Below are positions 46,281-57,153 of a stretch of 64,000 bases of DNA, one piece after another. The stretch is from assembly GCA_963797555.1 (NCBI GenBank), contig CAWCPV010000004.1, positions 1 through 64,000 of the forward strand, read 5' to 3'. Below the pieces are notes generated by a model. It saw only the letters and a list, made by a program, of their open reading frames with translations, searched no databases and had not been told where the DNA came from. The position numbers and the translations under genes are program-made. The DNA comes from an uncultured Gammaproteobacteria bacterium. GTDB lineage: Bacteria > Pseudomonadota > Gammaproteobacteria > CAWCPV01. The number at the start of each line of letters is the position of its first letter. Position 1 is the stretch's first letter.

Positions 46281-46454
46281 CTCTACGTATCCTCCAGACT
46301 CATCAGATAGCTGGATAAATCCCACCAGGCTCAGAAAAACTCAAGTCCCATCGACAAATACGGCCCTGGCCGCAAGTGAACATTCGCCTGTCAGGGAGGA
46401 GGGGAACGACCCTCCTGCGCCAGTGAAGCTATGCCCATGCCAAGGTGAAGATAA

Positions 46455-46645
46455 GGATTGGAAATTGAACGGCCCTAGCATGGGAGGAGTGTAGCGGGGA
46501 GGCGCAGAGCGGTCAAGGCGCCGCGGGAGCAGGGAAGGTCGCAAGTGCGGGTTGGGCTGCACGAGGTCGGCCGAGTCGGCCCAAGGGGGGTGGGTTTGGG
46601 GCCGCGCTTGGGGGTCTCCCGGCGAACTGCGCGAACGCCGCCGAG
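46455..46645 (-). mobile_element. IS91/ISCR-like end remnant C with outward promoter
   Basis: Similar to 35947-36130; TTGACC-17-TACACT (46516..46488); terminus ccgttcaatttccaatcc. Confidence 0.7.
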
Positions 46646-46696
46646 CAAGGGGGTGCGCCCCGTTCTTGCGGCGTCTATGCGGCGGCCGGGAAGGGT

Positions 46697-46830
46697 CCGG
46701 GTATTGCCATGCAGTTTGTGAATCCAGTATCGTCGCGCACATGTACCTGCGTGAGACCCGCCAGAAGCGCACCGACGGGTCGGTGATCATCCATCTGCAG
46801 CTCGCGGAGAGCGTCTGGAACCCCCCGGCC
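46697..46830 (+). mobile_element. 5' fragment of a different IS1634-like transposase
   Basis: MYLRETRQKRTDGSVIIHLQLAESVWNP from 46741. Confidence 0.65.
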
Positions 46831-46888
46831 GGCGCCAACATTTCGGGTGCGGCGGCTAACCCTTCGCGCGGTCCCGCCCTGCGGCCCC

Positions 46889-47710
46889 TCAGCCGGTTGC
46901 CCCCTCGTTCACCTCGTCGGTCCAAATCTTGAAGCTCTGCAGGGTATTGGGACCGAAGGTACTGCTGATGGCGACATCGGCGGCGTCGCGGCCGCGGGCG
47001 ATCAACACACGTCCGATGCGCGGCGTATTGTTGCGGGCGTCGAAGGTGTACCAATGGCCGTCAAGATAGGCTTCGAACCAAGCGGCGAAATCCATCGGCC
47101 CATAAGGCGGCGGCATGCCGATGTCGCCGAGGTAACCAGTGCAGTAACGTGCCGGGATATTCATGCAGCGGCAGAATGCGACGGCGAGGTGCGCGTAGTC
47201 GCGGCAAACGCCGGTCCTCTCGTGGAAGACTTCCCAGGCCGTCTTGGTGGGGCGCGCGTGTTCATAGCCAAACGTGATATGCCGATGGACATAGTCGCAG
47301 ATCGCCTGGACACGCCCCCATCCGGTCGGCGAATTGTCGAACAGTCGCCAGGCTGTCTCCGACAGGCGATCGGTCTCGCAATAGCGGCTACCCAGCAGGA
47401 ACAGCAGGGTCTCGTCCGGTAGTTCTTCCACCGGCGTCTGTCTCGCGTATGGAACAACCGCATCCGGCAGGCCCGTATCCCTCACGAGCGCATCGGTTGA
47501 CAGCCTGACCTGTCCCCGGGGGGCGACGATACGGCTGCACCAGTTGCCAAAGCTGTCGCGATAGGCAGTGAGCGGAACGGGCGGGTCGGCGATCAGGTGG
47601 TCGGGAATGATGATGTCGGAGACGCGCGTGTAATGCACGCTCAAGGTCAGGATCATCGGGGTCGGCTGCGGGCAGTCGTAAATCAGTTCGTAGCCTATAC
47701 GGATCTTCAT
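46889..47710 (-). CDS. Transglutaminase-like protein
   Basis: SRYCETD, GVCRDYAHL, PARYCTGYLGDI, W.TFDAR. Confidence 0.9.
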   Translation of the reverse strand: MKIRIGYELIYDCPQPTPMILTLSVHYTRVSDIIIPDHLIADPPVPLTAYRDSFGNWCSRIVAPRGQVRLSTDALVRDTGLPDAVVPYARQTPVEELPDETLLFLLGSRYCETDRLSETAWRLFDNSPTGWGRVQAICDYVHRHITFGYEHARPTKTAWEVFHERTGVCRDYAHLAVAFCRCMNIPARYCTGYLGDIGMPPPYGPMDFAAWFEAYLDGHWYTFDARNNTPRIGRVLIARGRDAADVAISSTFGPNTLQSFKIWTDEVNEGATG

Positions 47711-47784
47711 GGAGGGACTCCTGCTGACCGCCAGCGTGGCCCGGGGCAAACTCTGGCAGTTTGGGTTGCTTGTGGTGGGGGCAG

Positions 47785-48561
47785 CTACGTGGAAATCCCC
47801 GCACAGCGGCTCGCAAGCGCCCTGCCCAGAGATTCGACGATTACCTTGCGCAGGGCAGTCCAATGGCGACCTGCCCTGATAACGTGCTTCTGGTTGACCT
47901 CCAGCTCAATACCCACGTAGGCGTCGGCGGGAAAAGACCGACGAAACCAGGCGGTCAGGCCATCGTCTTTGCCCGCATACGGGTAGTTGCGCCGGACCGC
48001 GAGATCGGGCGCACAAATCCTGAGGGCTGCCTTCCAGCGCTCGCACAGATTCGCCTCACCCGGTCGAGCCGGGTCATAGAGCAGGCCGATATCGGCCTCT
48101 CGTACCTTTCCGTCCAGCTCGGGCGTAAAGCTGTGGGACGAGAGATGGATCACCAAGCCATGCTCCGCGATCGCCTGCCTGACCAAACGCTCCGCTTGCG
48201 CGCGGTACGGCTGGTAATAGTGCTTCAATATCCGCTGACGCACCTCGGCATGCGCTTTGCGGGTCGCCTCGGAATGGAGGTGCGGATGGCCGACGGATCG
48301 ATTCAGGTCCACGAGCAGACGGCTTACGGTCGAGGCCACCAGCGGCGCTGCCAATGCCGTTGCCAACGCTCTTGCCATGATCAGAGCGCCGGGGTCAAAG
48401 CCGCGGTGGGAGTCCAGCAGCGCCTGATGGGCGTGAAACAGGCCGCGATACGGCTCGGGAATCCGGTTGCCACCGTGCTCGCAGGTGATGACCAAGCCAT
48501 CGCTTGCCAGACTACCACAGTCCGCTGCGCGTCCATCCATCGCCGTGGTCTCCGCCGACAT
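47785..48561 (-). CDS. N-formylglutamate amidohydrolase family protein
   Basis: TCEHGGN.IP, HRGFDPGA, SRLLVDLNR, HSFTP, NYPY, IELEV. Confidence 0.85.
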   Translation of the reverse strand: MSAETTAMDGRAADCGSLASDGLVITCEHGGNRIPEPYRGLFHAHQALLDSHRGFDPGALIMARALATALAAPLVASTVSRLLVDLNRSVGHPHLHSEATRKAHAEVRQRILKHYYQPYRAQAERLVRQAIAEHGLVIHLSSHSFTPELDGKVREADIGLLYDPARPGEANLCERWKAALRICAPDLAVRRNYPYAGKDDGLTAWFRRSFPADAYVGIELEVNQKHVIRAGRHWTALRKVIVESLGRALASRCAGIST

Positions 48562-48579
48562 GCTCAGTGGCCAGTGGCC

Positions 48580-49305
48580 TTACCAGTCCAGCGCGGGCAG
48601 TCGGCTAAACACCTGCCGCGTGCCCTCGGTCCATTGCTTGCCGAGCGCGCTGAAGTACGCATCCCCCTCGTCGAAGCGACGACGCATCCGCACTTCAAGG
48701 CTGTCACGTTCATAGCAGATCAGATCGATCGGCATGCCAACGGACAAATTGCTGCGCATCGTTGAATCGAACGAGACGAGGACACATTTTGCGGCATCGT
48801 TCAGCGGGGTCGAGCGAGTAATTACCCTATCGATGATCGGCTTCCCGTATTTGGTTTCCCCGGTCTGGAGATAGGGCGTCTCCACGCTTGCCTCGATGAA
48901 GTTGCCCTCCGCATAGATCCGGAAAAGGCGTGGCGCGTCGCCCGCGATCTGGCCGCCAAGTATGAACGAGGCGTTGAAGCGGACATCGCTTGCTGCCAAG
49001 TGTTGGCCGTCGCGCCGATCGACGTCCCGCATCGCGTCCGACGCCAGCATCGCGGCATCGAACATCGAACGCCGCGCTCCAGAGATTGGGCCCGCGTCCC
49101 TGGCGTTCCGCTGCTTCAGCACGCTGATGACGGCCTGTGTCCCGGCCAGGTTGCCCGAACTCAATAGAACGATGACCCGGTCACCAGCGCGTTCAAACAC
49201 GGTCATCTTGCAGAAACTCGCAAAATTGTCGACCCCGGCATGGGTGCGCGAGTCCGACGCAAATACCAGTCCGGCGTCGAGCATGATGCCTATACAGTAG
49301 GTCAT
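48580..49305 (-). CDS. Proteasome-type protease (Anbu)
   Basis: MTYC N-terminal Thr, SDSRT.AGVD, GETKYGKPIIDR, SFDSTMRSNLSVG.P. Confidence 0.9.
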   Translation of the reverse strand: MTYCIGIMLDAGLVFASDSRTHAGVDNFASFCKMTVFERAGDRVIVLLSSGNLAGTQAVISVLKQRNARDAGPISGARRSMFDAAMLASDAMRDVDRRDGQHLAASDVRFNASFILGGQIAGDAPRLFRIYAEGNFIEASVETPYLQTGETKYGKPIIDRVITRSTPLNDAAKCVLVSFDSTMRSNLSVGMPIDLICYERDSLEVRMRRRFDEGDAYFSALGKQWTEGTRQVFSRLPALDW

Positions 49306-49724
49306 GGCTGCATCTCCCCATGCATCGTTTTCAAGCCAAGTATCCTGTGCCACTTGAAGAGGGTTGTGTGCCGGTGGGTGCTGGCGTCGCAATCGTTGAG
49401 GACGAGCAGTTCCAGCTCACTTCTGGATGCTCATTTCATTCGCCGGCATACTGCGCCCGTTCCACGTCGCGCGCGATTTCGATTGCGCGGTTGGCTTGGG
49501 TTCGATTGTCGATCGTCACGCCGTATGGTCCCCGACACCCCGGACTTCTTCTACACGTTGTCGCACGGAGTGCGAACAGTGCGTCGCTCTCCATGGCGGT
49601 CACCTGTGCACATTTAGTTCGCAAGCACTGACACTCGCGACCGAGTGTTCCTGCTTGACTGATTGATCGTCAACCAGGGGCATTGCCTTGTCGTGACATT
49701 CGACGCCATCGACCGTCATGCTCA

Positions 49725-50015
49725 TCAGCCGCTCTCCGGCCGCCGTCGCGCGCCTCCCAGCCAGATCGACTTCCGGTCCCGGTAGAGCGGAATGGAGAAC
49801 TGTCTCGTCATCGCCACGTTCTCCGGCGCCACGTGCAGCTCGATCTCCAGCCGGTCCGGATGATGATCGCTCGCCTCGTCCACCACCACGTGTCGGCTGG
49901 TCACCAGGAACAACCGGCCATCCCGCTCGGAGAGGAAGCCGGTCGCGTTGGTCAGGTGTTGCTGCTCGAACATCGTCGTGACGCGGGTCACGGCGAACAG
50001 CAGCGACTCGATCAT
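49725..50015 (-). pseudogene. Trypsin-like serine protease 5' relic
   Basis: NATGF...LFLVTSRHV; breaks off before the catalytic Ser. Confidence 0.6.
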
Positions 50016-50480
50016 GATGCGAGCCTGCGCCAGACGCTCGCGAGCCACGGCTGCCGTTCGCGCGGCAGGCCGGGAGGGCCGTAATAGTGGGTAAGCTCGA
50101 CGAAACCCGCGGCCGACAGGTAGCGGCGCCAATTCTCGAGATCGTGGTAGGCGCCGTAGCGCCCGGGGTTCCAGCCTTCCTCGTTAGGGCCGTGCGGATT
50201 CGAGCTGAACAGCACGCCGCCCGCTTCCGCGTGGCGTGCAATTCCAGCAATCGCGCGGCAACTCGTGGCTGGGTACGTGAAACAGTGCGGCGTTGGCGAA
50301 CACGCCGTCGAACCGGCTCTGCGACCGTTCGAGCTTGAGGAAGTCCTTCTGCCACACTTCGCAGCCGCTGTCGGGGCACGCCATCTCGTCGAAGAGGCCG
50401 GCCGCGTCCAGAGGCCCTACCGGGATGTGACCGAGGCCGGCGAACACCTAAGACGCGACTTGGCCCGCAGCCGAAATCGA
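50012..50480 (-). pseudogene. Class I SAM-dependent methyltransferase, frameshifted and 5'-truncated
   Basis: LDFGCGP motif I, FDGVFANAALFHVP, SSNP.G.NEEGW. Confidence 0.78.
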
Positions 50481-50486
50481 GTGAAA

Positions 50487-50830
50487 GGATGGGAACTTCA
50501 ACCATATCTAGCGTAGGGAAAGGGTAGTCCTGGGACGGGAGACCAGTCAACACCAGGTCAAGGTTCGGGGGAAGCTCGGTGCGGTGGAACAGGTGCGCAG
50601 GGCGGTTCTGTGGACGAGGCCAGCCGAACCCGCCCAACGGGGCGCCTGCGGGTTGCGGTGGGGTTTCCCGGCGAGCTGCGCGAACGCTGCCGTGCCCGTT
50701 ACCGACAGGCTTGGTTGGGGGGGCTCACCAGAGCCTGATCTGGTCGCATTCGAAGCCGAGATCCAGCTCGCCCTGGGACGGGTCATAGGCCGGGCTGTGG
50801 TGGACAGACCCCTCCCACGCGGGCCGACCG
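50487..50830 (-). mobile_element. IS91/ISCR-like end remnant D
   Basis: FECDQIRLW* tail, shared downstream segment, TTGACT-18-TACCCT, terminus ggttgaagttcccatcc abutting the truncated methyltransferase. Confidence 0.72.
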
Positions 50831-50860
50831 CCGGGGTTATCCCCGCTGGGTGTCCGGCCT

Positions 50861-50980
50861 TGTTAAGGGTTATCAGACGCCTACCGCCGACCACCCTAAG
50901 CACCCGCTCCAAAGGCAATCTTCCAACCCAGCGTCCTCGATCGCCTCCACTCGGCGGTAGGCATCTGATAACCCTTAACA
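50861..50980. mobile_element. 120-bp MITE-like element with 30-bp terminal inverted repeats
   Basis: tgttaagggttatcagacgcctaccgccga / tcggcggtaggcatctgataacccttaaca (29/30 match); no TSD visible. Confidence 0.7.
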
Positions 50981-51119
50981 TTTGCGGCCGTTCAGGACTT
51001 CCCGGCCGAACGGCTGTTCAACTCTGGAAGCGGTCATACGGAGGCAGACAGTGGTCGTCGGGTGCCGCCTGCGCCTCATGCGCCCCGCGAAGGTCGTCAA
51101 TGCGGCCTGGTACCCCGCG

Positions 51120-51933
51120 TCAGGGAGGCGGCTTGGGCCACGTGTTTCCGGACATCGATCCCGTGCTGGGCGGGCTCACCGCCGAGCGGATCTCCAGCGA
51201 AGCAGACTGGGCTGCGACCCCCTGCGTCAATAGGTCAATGACCGCCGGTACCGGATATTGCCGGCCGTCCGCGTCGAGGACGACGAGCACCATGGGCTTA
51301 AGCCGATGGTTCGGGTGCACCGAGATGACCAGCCCAATGTGGCCCGTGTTCATCTGGACGCAACTCCCCACCGGGTAGATGCCGATGGCCTGGATGAACC
51401 GCAGCACCAGTTCCTCGTCGAAATGGCTTGCGCGTTGCTGGTACATGTAGCCCAGATCGGTCTCCCGCAGATGGTTGATGAGCAGCAGGGCATCGGGGTT
51501 GCGCAGCACGCTCTGAGTCATCTCCTCCACGACCTCGCGGGCTCCCGCGAAATTCACGCTTCTGCCGACCCGCACATCGTCCAAGAGCCCGGTGATGAAC
51601 TGCGTCGCGTGCCGGTGGAGATTCTGTGGCGGGCCCGACCTCGTTCTCGAACGTGGCGGGATAGGCGGCCGACGGAGGGTGGGAGAGCGCCGTGCGGCGT
51701 ACCGCAGCCGAAGTCTCCTCGACGTGACGCGCCGGGTCCACCGCCTCGGGCAGATCGTCGCCGTACTCAGGGTCGATGTACACGTAGCTGCAGCAACGCG
51801 CGACTTCCTCGACCTGACCCCACGAGCCCAGTCGGAAACCTTGCAGCAGGAACGGAGTGCCGAGCCGGGGGCGGTCCAGGCGCGATACGAAGACTCCCGG
51901 GCGCAGGTACCTCACGTGAACGATCTTTTCCAT
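51120..51933 (-). pseudogene. DUF3391/HD-GYP phosphodiesterase with catalytic core deleted
   Basis: LRPGVFVSRLDRP...TPFLLQGF; SVLRNPDALL joined directly to HFDEELV..FIQAIGIYPVGS; no HD or GYP motif. Confidence 0.75.
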
Positions 51934-52074
51934 GCTCCCATCCCCCCTCCGAGACGCGCCGCTCTGAAGTGCGCGGCACTGCCCCTGCCAAGCCCGGTGG
52001 ACCGGTCGTGCGCGTGTGAGCGGCCTCTTCACTCCGTACCTCGCCCCGCGATCTGAAGGGTGCGGGGCGGGTTT

Positions 52075-53919
52075 TCAGGCCAGCCCACCCGCCGGGTAGC
52101 CCTCTCCACGGTCGTCATCCCCGGCGATGGGTGCCCGCCGTGTTTCCCAGTCGCCCTGGATGAGGAACCGAGCCATGTCATCGCTCGTCATGGGGCTGCT
52201 GAAGTAGTAACCCTGAGCGGTATCACATTGCCAATTGCGCAGCAGCGCGAGCTGTTCTGCGGTCTCCACACCCTCTGCGACCACCTCGAGCCCCAAGGTG
52301 TGCGCCATCGCGATGACCGCCTGCGCGATCGCGGCGTCCGCCGGGTCCCTCGTGATGCTCGCAATGAAAGAGCGGTCGATTTTCACCGCATCGAGCGGAA
52401 AGCGCCTCAGGTAGCTCAACGAGGAGTATCCGGTACCGAAGTCGTCCATCGCTATCCTCACTCCCAGCGCCTTCAGTTCCTCCAAGACGGCGATCGCCGC
52501 CTCCACGTTCTGCATCAACTGGGTCTCGGTCAGCTCCAGCTCCAAGCGCGACGGGTCCAGGCCGGTATCCTCCAGTACCCGCGCCACCAAGGCCACCAGG
52601 CTCTGCTGCCTGAGCTGATGCGCCGACAGGTTCACGGCCAACACCAGCCCTGTCAGCCCTGCGGCGCGCCAGGCGCTACTTTTTTCACATCCCTCGCGCA
52701 GTACCCACTCGCTGATGGAGGTGATGAGGCCCGTGTCCTCGGCCAGCGGGATGAATTCGGCGGGCGAAATCCATCCGCGCTCGGCATGATGCCAGCGCAG
52801 CAGTGCCTCGACCTTGGTGGGCACACCCAGCGTGACGCTCATGAGCAGCTGGTAGTGCAACTCCAGCTCCCGGCGTTCCAGATCTCTGCGCAGGTTCACG
52901 TCCAGCCACATGCGGTCGCGCGCGTAAGCGTCCATTTCCGCGCTGTAGAACTGATAGCGAGCCCTGCCCTGTTCTTTCGCGCGGTACATCGCCGTGTCGG
53001 CGTTCTTGAGCAGCACCGCCGCGGCGTCCGCATCCTCCGGGAAGACGCTGATCCCGATGCTGACGCTGGTGTAGATCTCATGCCCTTCCACGCTATACGG
53101 CTGTGACAAGCCGTGCACGATCTTCTGCGCGACCGCGGCCGCGTCCTCCTACAGCTCGATCTGCTCGATCATCACGGTGAATTCGTCTCCACCCAGCCTG
53201 GCTACCGTGTCGCTCTCGCGAACGGAAGCGGCGAGCCGGACGGCGACCTCCTTCAACAGGCGGTCGCCCACGTCGTGTCCGAGCGAATCGTTGATGAACT
53301 TGAAACGGTCAAGGTCCAGATACATCAGCGCCACCCGCGAGCCGGAGCGGCCCGCTTGCAGCAGCGCATGCTGCAGGCGCTCGCGAAACAGCATACGGTT
53401 GGGCAGACCTGTCAGGGTGTCGTTATAAGCGATCTGGTAAAGATGCTCCTCCCCCTGCTTGAGCCGCGTGATGTCGGAGAATACGACCACGTAGTTGCTG
53501 GTCGCGCCGACATCATCTCTCACCGCGTTGCATCCCAGCCATGCCGCGTAGGACTCGCCATTCTTGCGCCGCCCCCAGATCTCGCCCTGCCATTGGCCCC
53601 CGGTCCTGAGCGATCGCCACACCTGTCTGTAAAAGGCCCGGCCGTGCCTGTCCGAGACGAGCATGTCCGGGGATTTCAGCAGCACCTCCTTGCGGGAGTA
53701 CTCCGTGGTGCCGGTAAACGCCCGGTTGACCGCAACGATCCGCCCACGAGCATCGAGCAGCAGGATGCCCTCGTTGGTATTCTCGAACACGGCCGCGAGC
53801 AGCAGCCGCTCTTCCGCCTGCTTGCGCTGGGTGATGTTGAGGTGAGCGATCACGGCGCCGCCGCGCGCGCTCTTGAGGGCACTCACTGATACCATGAACC
53901 ACTGCAGAACTCCTGACAT
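52075..53919 (-). pseudogene. PAS-GGDEF-EAL protein, frameshift ~53150, 5' truncated
   Basis: PAS (WQGEIW.RRKNG), LTGLPNR, RLGGDEF, EALLRW, DDFGTGYSSL. Confidence 0.88.
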
Positions 53920-53995
53920 GCGCTACCTAACCGATTGAGAAGGCGCTATAATCGATGCTGGTATCGAAATATAAATACGAGACCAGAGGAATGCT

Positions 53996-55638
53996 ATGCC
54001 AGGCACCATTGAGCTTCCCCTGCTGCCCGAACAGGCTGTGACATTGGGTTTGCGGTTGACGGTCATCGAAACGCCCAAGGAACTCGTGTTCATGAATGCC
54101 TCCGGTCCGTTGATGAGCTGCGCGCGTACGGATACGACGGCTAAGCGTTACCTCGAGGCGGTGTTCATGACGCAGGGTTTAGCGAAGGGTGAGGACTTGG
54201 CGGCGGTGTTGGGTGTTCACCGCTCGACGGTATTTCGCAACCAGACGCTGTATCGCGAAGGGGGTCTTGATGCCATACGCGATGGCCGAGGCCATGGTGC
54301 GCCGCGTCGTGGGCATTAAGCTCACCGATGAGGTTTTGCCGATCGCTCAGGCGTGCTTGGACCAAGGGTGCTCGCAGTCGCAGGCCGCGCGTGCGCTCGG
54401 TGTGAGTGAGACGGCGGTGCGCCATGCGATCAAGACCGGACGGCTGCGCCGCCAGCGGCCTCGACAACACCGCGCCGCGCTCTTGCCAGGCGAGCGGGCT
54501 GAGCGTGACGCCGCGCAGGCCCGCGGGGCGGGTACCGCGGTCAAACGCTTGGAGGAACGCGTCCTCGCCTGCCAAGGGATGCTCGGCGAAGCAGCCCCCC
54601 ACTTTGAGCCTGCGGAGGGCGTGGCGAACGCCGGCGTCTTGCTTGCCTTACCGGCCATGATTGGTGAAGGTCTGCTGTGCCACGCCGAGCGTGTTTACGC
54701 GCCGCTCAAAGCCGGGTTCTATGGTCTGCATTCGATCCTGTGGTGCCTGGTCATGATGGCGTTGTTGCGCATCAAGAGCATTGAGCGCCTGGTGAGCTGG
54801 GCATCTTGCTGGGACTGGATCGCGTGCCGGAAGTCAAAACGCTGCGGCGTAAGCTCGCGCAACTGGGAGCTCGCCAACAGGCGGCGCAACTAGCCGCGGC
54901 GTTGACCGCCCAGTGGGCGCAGGGGGAGCCCGATGAGCTGGGCATACTGTACGTCGACGGTCACGTCCATGCCTACACGGGGCGCAAGCATCCGCTGCCT
55001 AAGACGTTGGTGCAGAAACGCCGCCAGTGTCTGCCCGCCTCGACGGATGTTTGGGTGCATAACGGAGCGGCCGAGCCGGTGTTCTTCGTCACCAGCCCCC
55101 TCAATGGACACCTCTTGGCGCTGATCGAGCAGGAGGTCATTCCCCAGGCGCGCCAGCAGATCGGCCCCGACCGGACGCTGACCTTGGTGTTTGACCGTGA
55201 GGCTTGGAGCCCCCAGTCCTTCCAGCAGTGGCACAGCCAAGGGGCCGAAGTCATCACGTATCGCAAGGGTAAACAAACGCCCTGGGACCCGGAGGACTTC
55301 CGCCCCTTAAGCGTCGAGCACCACGGTAAGTCTGTGACCTATAGTCTGGCCGAGTGCAGCGTGCAGGTCATCGCTGCCAATCGCAAACAACCCGCCTTGT
55401 GGATGCGCGAGATCCGCCGCTTATGCAAAAACGGACATCAGAGCGCGATCCTGACGACCCGGCAGGACTTACCTGCCGCAGAGATCGCCCATCGCATGTT
55501 CGGCCGTTGGCGCCAAGAGAACTTCTTCAAATACCTGCAGGACGAATTCAACATCGACCACTTGAGCACCTATGCCACCGAACCAGCCGATCCTGAGCGG
55601 ATGGTTCCCAATCCTGAGCGCCGAGCGCTGATAAAATC
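53996..55638 (+). mobile_element. Unclassified HTH plus DDE-like putative transposase, frameshifted, truncated by ISL3
   Basis: Two HTHs, LGLDRVPEVKTLRRKL, LYVDGH, LVFDRE, RWRQENFFK. Confidence 0.7.
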
Positions 55639-57153
55639 GGCTCTTTCGGTAATTGTGTGGATCGTGGTGGTCGAGTAGCATCCGTTCTGAGCAATCGTCT
55701 ATCACAACATCTTGTGGTTGGGCCTGTGGGGTTGTGGGCGAGAGGCCCGCGAGTGTGGGCAACCGGGAGGTTGTCCACACGGTCCTTGGGACGCGGGCCG
55801 CTCCGCAGGACTCGTCCACAAATCCACAGGCCATCAAGGGGGGAGCGCCATGGAGCCAACGCATCTATTCACGACGGCACTGGGCCTCACGGCGCCTTGG
55901 GAAGTCACCGGCGTACGCTTTGACCCCGAGGCTGGGCGCATCGACCTCGAGGTGGCCTTTGCCAAGGGGAGCCGCTTCGCCTGCCCGGCGTGCGGAGTGC
56001 CAGGCCAGCCGGTGCATGATACCCGCAAGCGCAGCTGGCAGCACCTGAGCTTCTTTAAGTCGCGGGCAGACCTGCACGCGCATCTGCCGCGAGTGCGCTG
56101 TGAGAGCTGCGGCAAGACGACTCAGGTCGAGCCGCCGTGGGCGCGCGCACAGAGTGGCTTCACGGCGCTGATGGAGGCACTGGTGGTGACGCTGTGCCAG
56201 GCGATGCCGGTGGCGACCGTCGCCCGGCACCTGGGCGTGGGCGATGAGCGCCTGTGGGGGGTGCTCGAGCACTACGTGGAGGCGGCCCGCGCCCAGGAGG
56301 ACCACTCCCCGGTGCGCGCCGTGGGCCTGGACGAGACCGCCGCCCGGCGTGGGCAGCACTACATCAGCCTGTTCCATGACCTCACGGGCAAACGCCTGCT
56401 GTTCGCCTGCGAGGGCCGCGACCAGAGCACCGTGGCGGCCTTTGCCGCCGACCTCCAGGCGCACGGGGGCGACCCGCAGGCCATCGAGCAGGTGTGCATC
56501 GACCTGTCCGCCGCTTATCTCGCCGGGGTGACCAAGCATCTGCCTAAAGCCACGGTGAGCTTCGATGCCTTCCATGTCATCCAGCTCGCCAACCAGGCCG
56601 TCGATACAGTGCGCCGCGAGGAGGTCAAGACCGAGCCCGCCCTCAGGGGCACCCGCTGGACCTGGCTCAAAGACGCCCACGACTGGACCTGGGAGCAGCT
56701 CACCGACTTTCACTGGCTCTCCCGCGCCCGCCTCAAGACCGCCCGCGCCTGGCGCCTCAAGGAGGCGCTGCGCGATATCTACGCCACGGCCACCACCGCC
56801 GAGCAGGCCGAGACCGCGCTCACGCGCTGGTATAGCTGGGCACGGCGTAGCCGCCTGCAACCCATGAAGCACCTCGCTGCCACTCTGAAAGACCACTGGG
56901 ACGGTGTGCTCGCCACGTTCGACTCCGGCCTCACCAACGGCCGCGCCGAGGGCATCAACTCCCTCATCCAGGCCGCCAAAGCCCGCGCCCGAGGCTACCG
57001 CACCACGCGCTCGCTCATCACCATCGCCTACCTCATCGCGGGCAACCTGGCCCACTTGCCGGCCTCGCCGTTCAACACACGATCTTGTGTCAGACCTCAG
57101 GCAGAGGCTGCCGCAGCGTAAGCATATCTACCCACACGATTCCGGTAAGAACC
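55639..57153 (+). mobile_element. ISL3-family element, transposase 55850..57121
   Basis: GGCTCTT...AAGAACC ends; CPACG zinc finger, GLDET, CIDLS, FDAFHV, TNGRAEGINS.IQ..K..ARGY. Confidence 0.92.

Noticed and set aside
50861-50980. Integron attC site
   Set aside because: GTT and AAC cores are in the opposite order to attC, the arms lack extrahelical bases, and no integron integrase or cassette array is present
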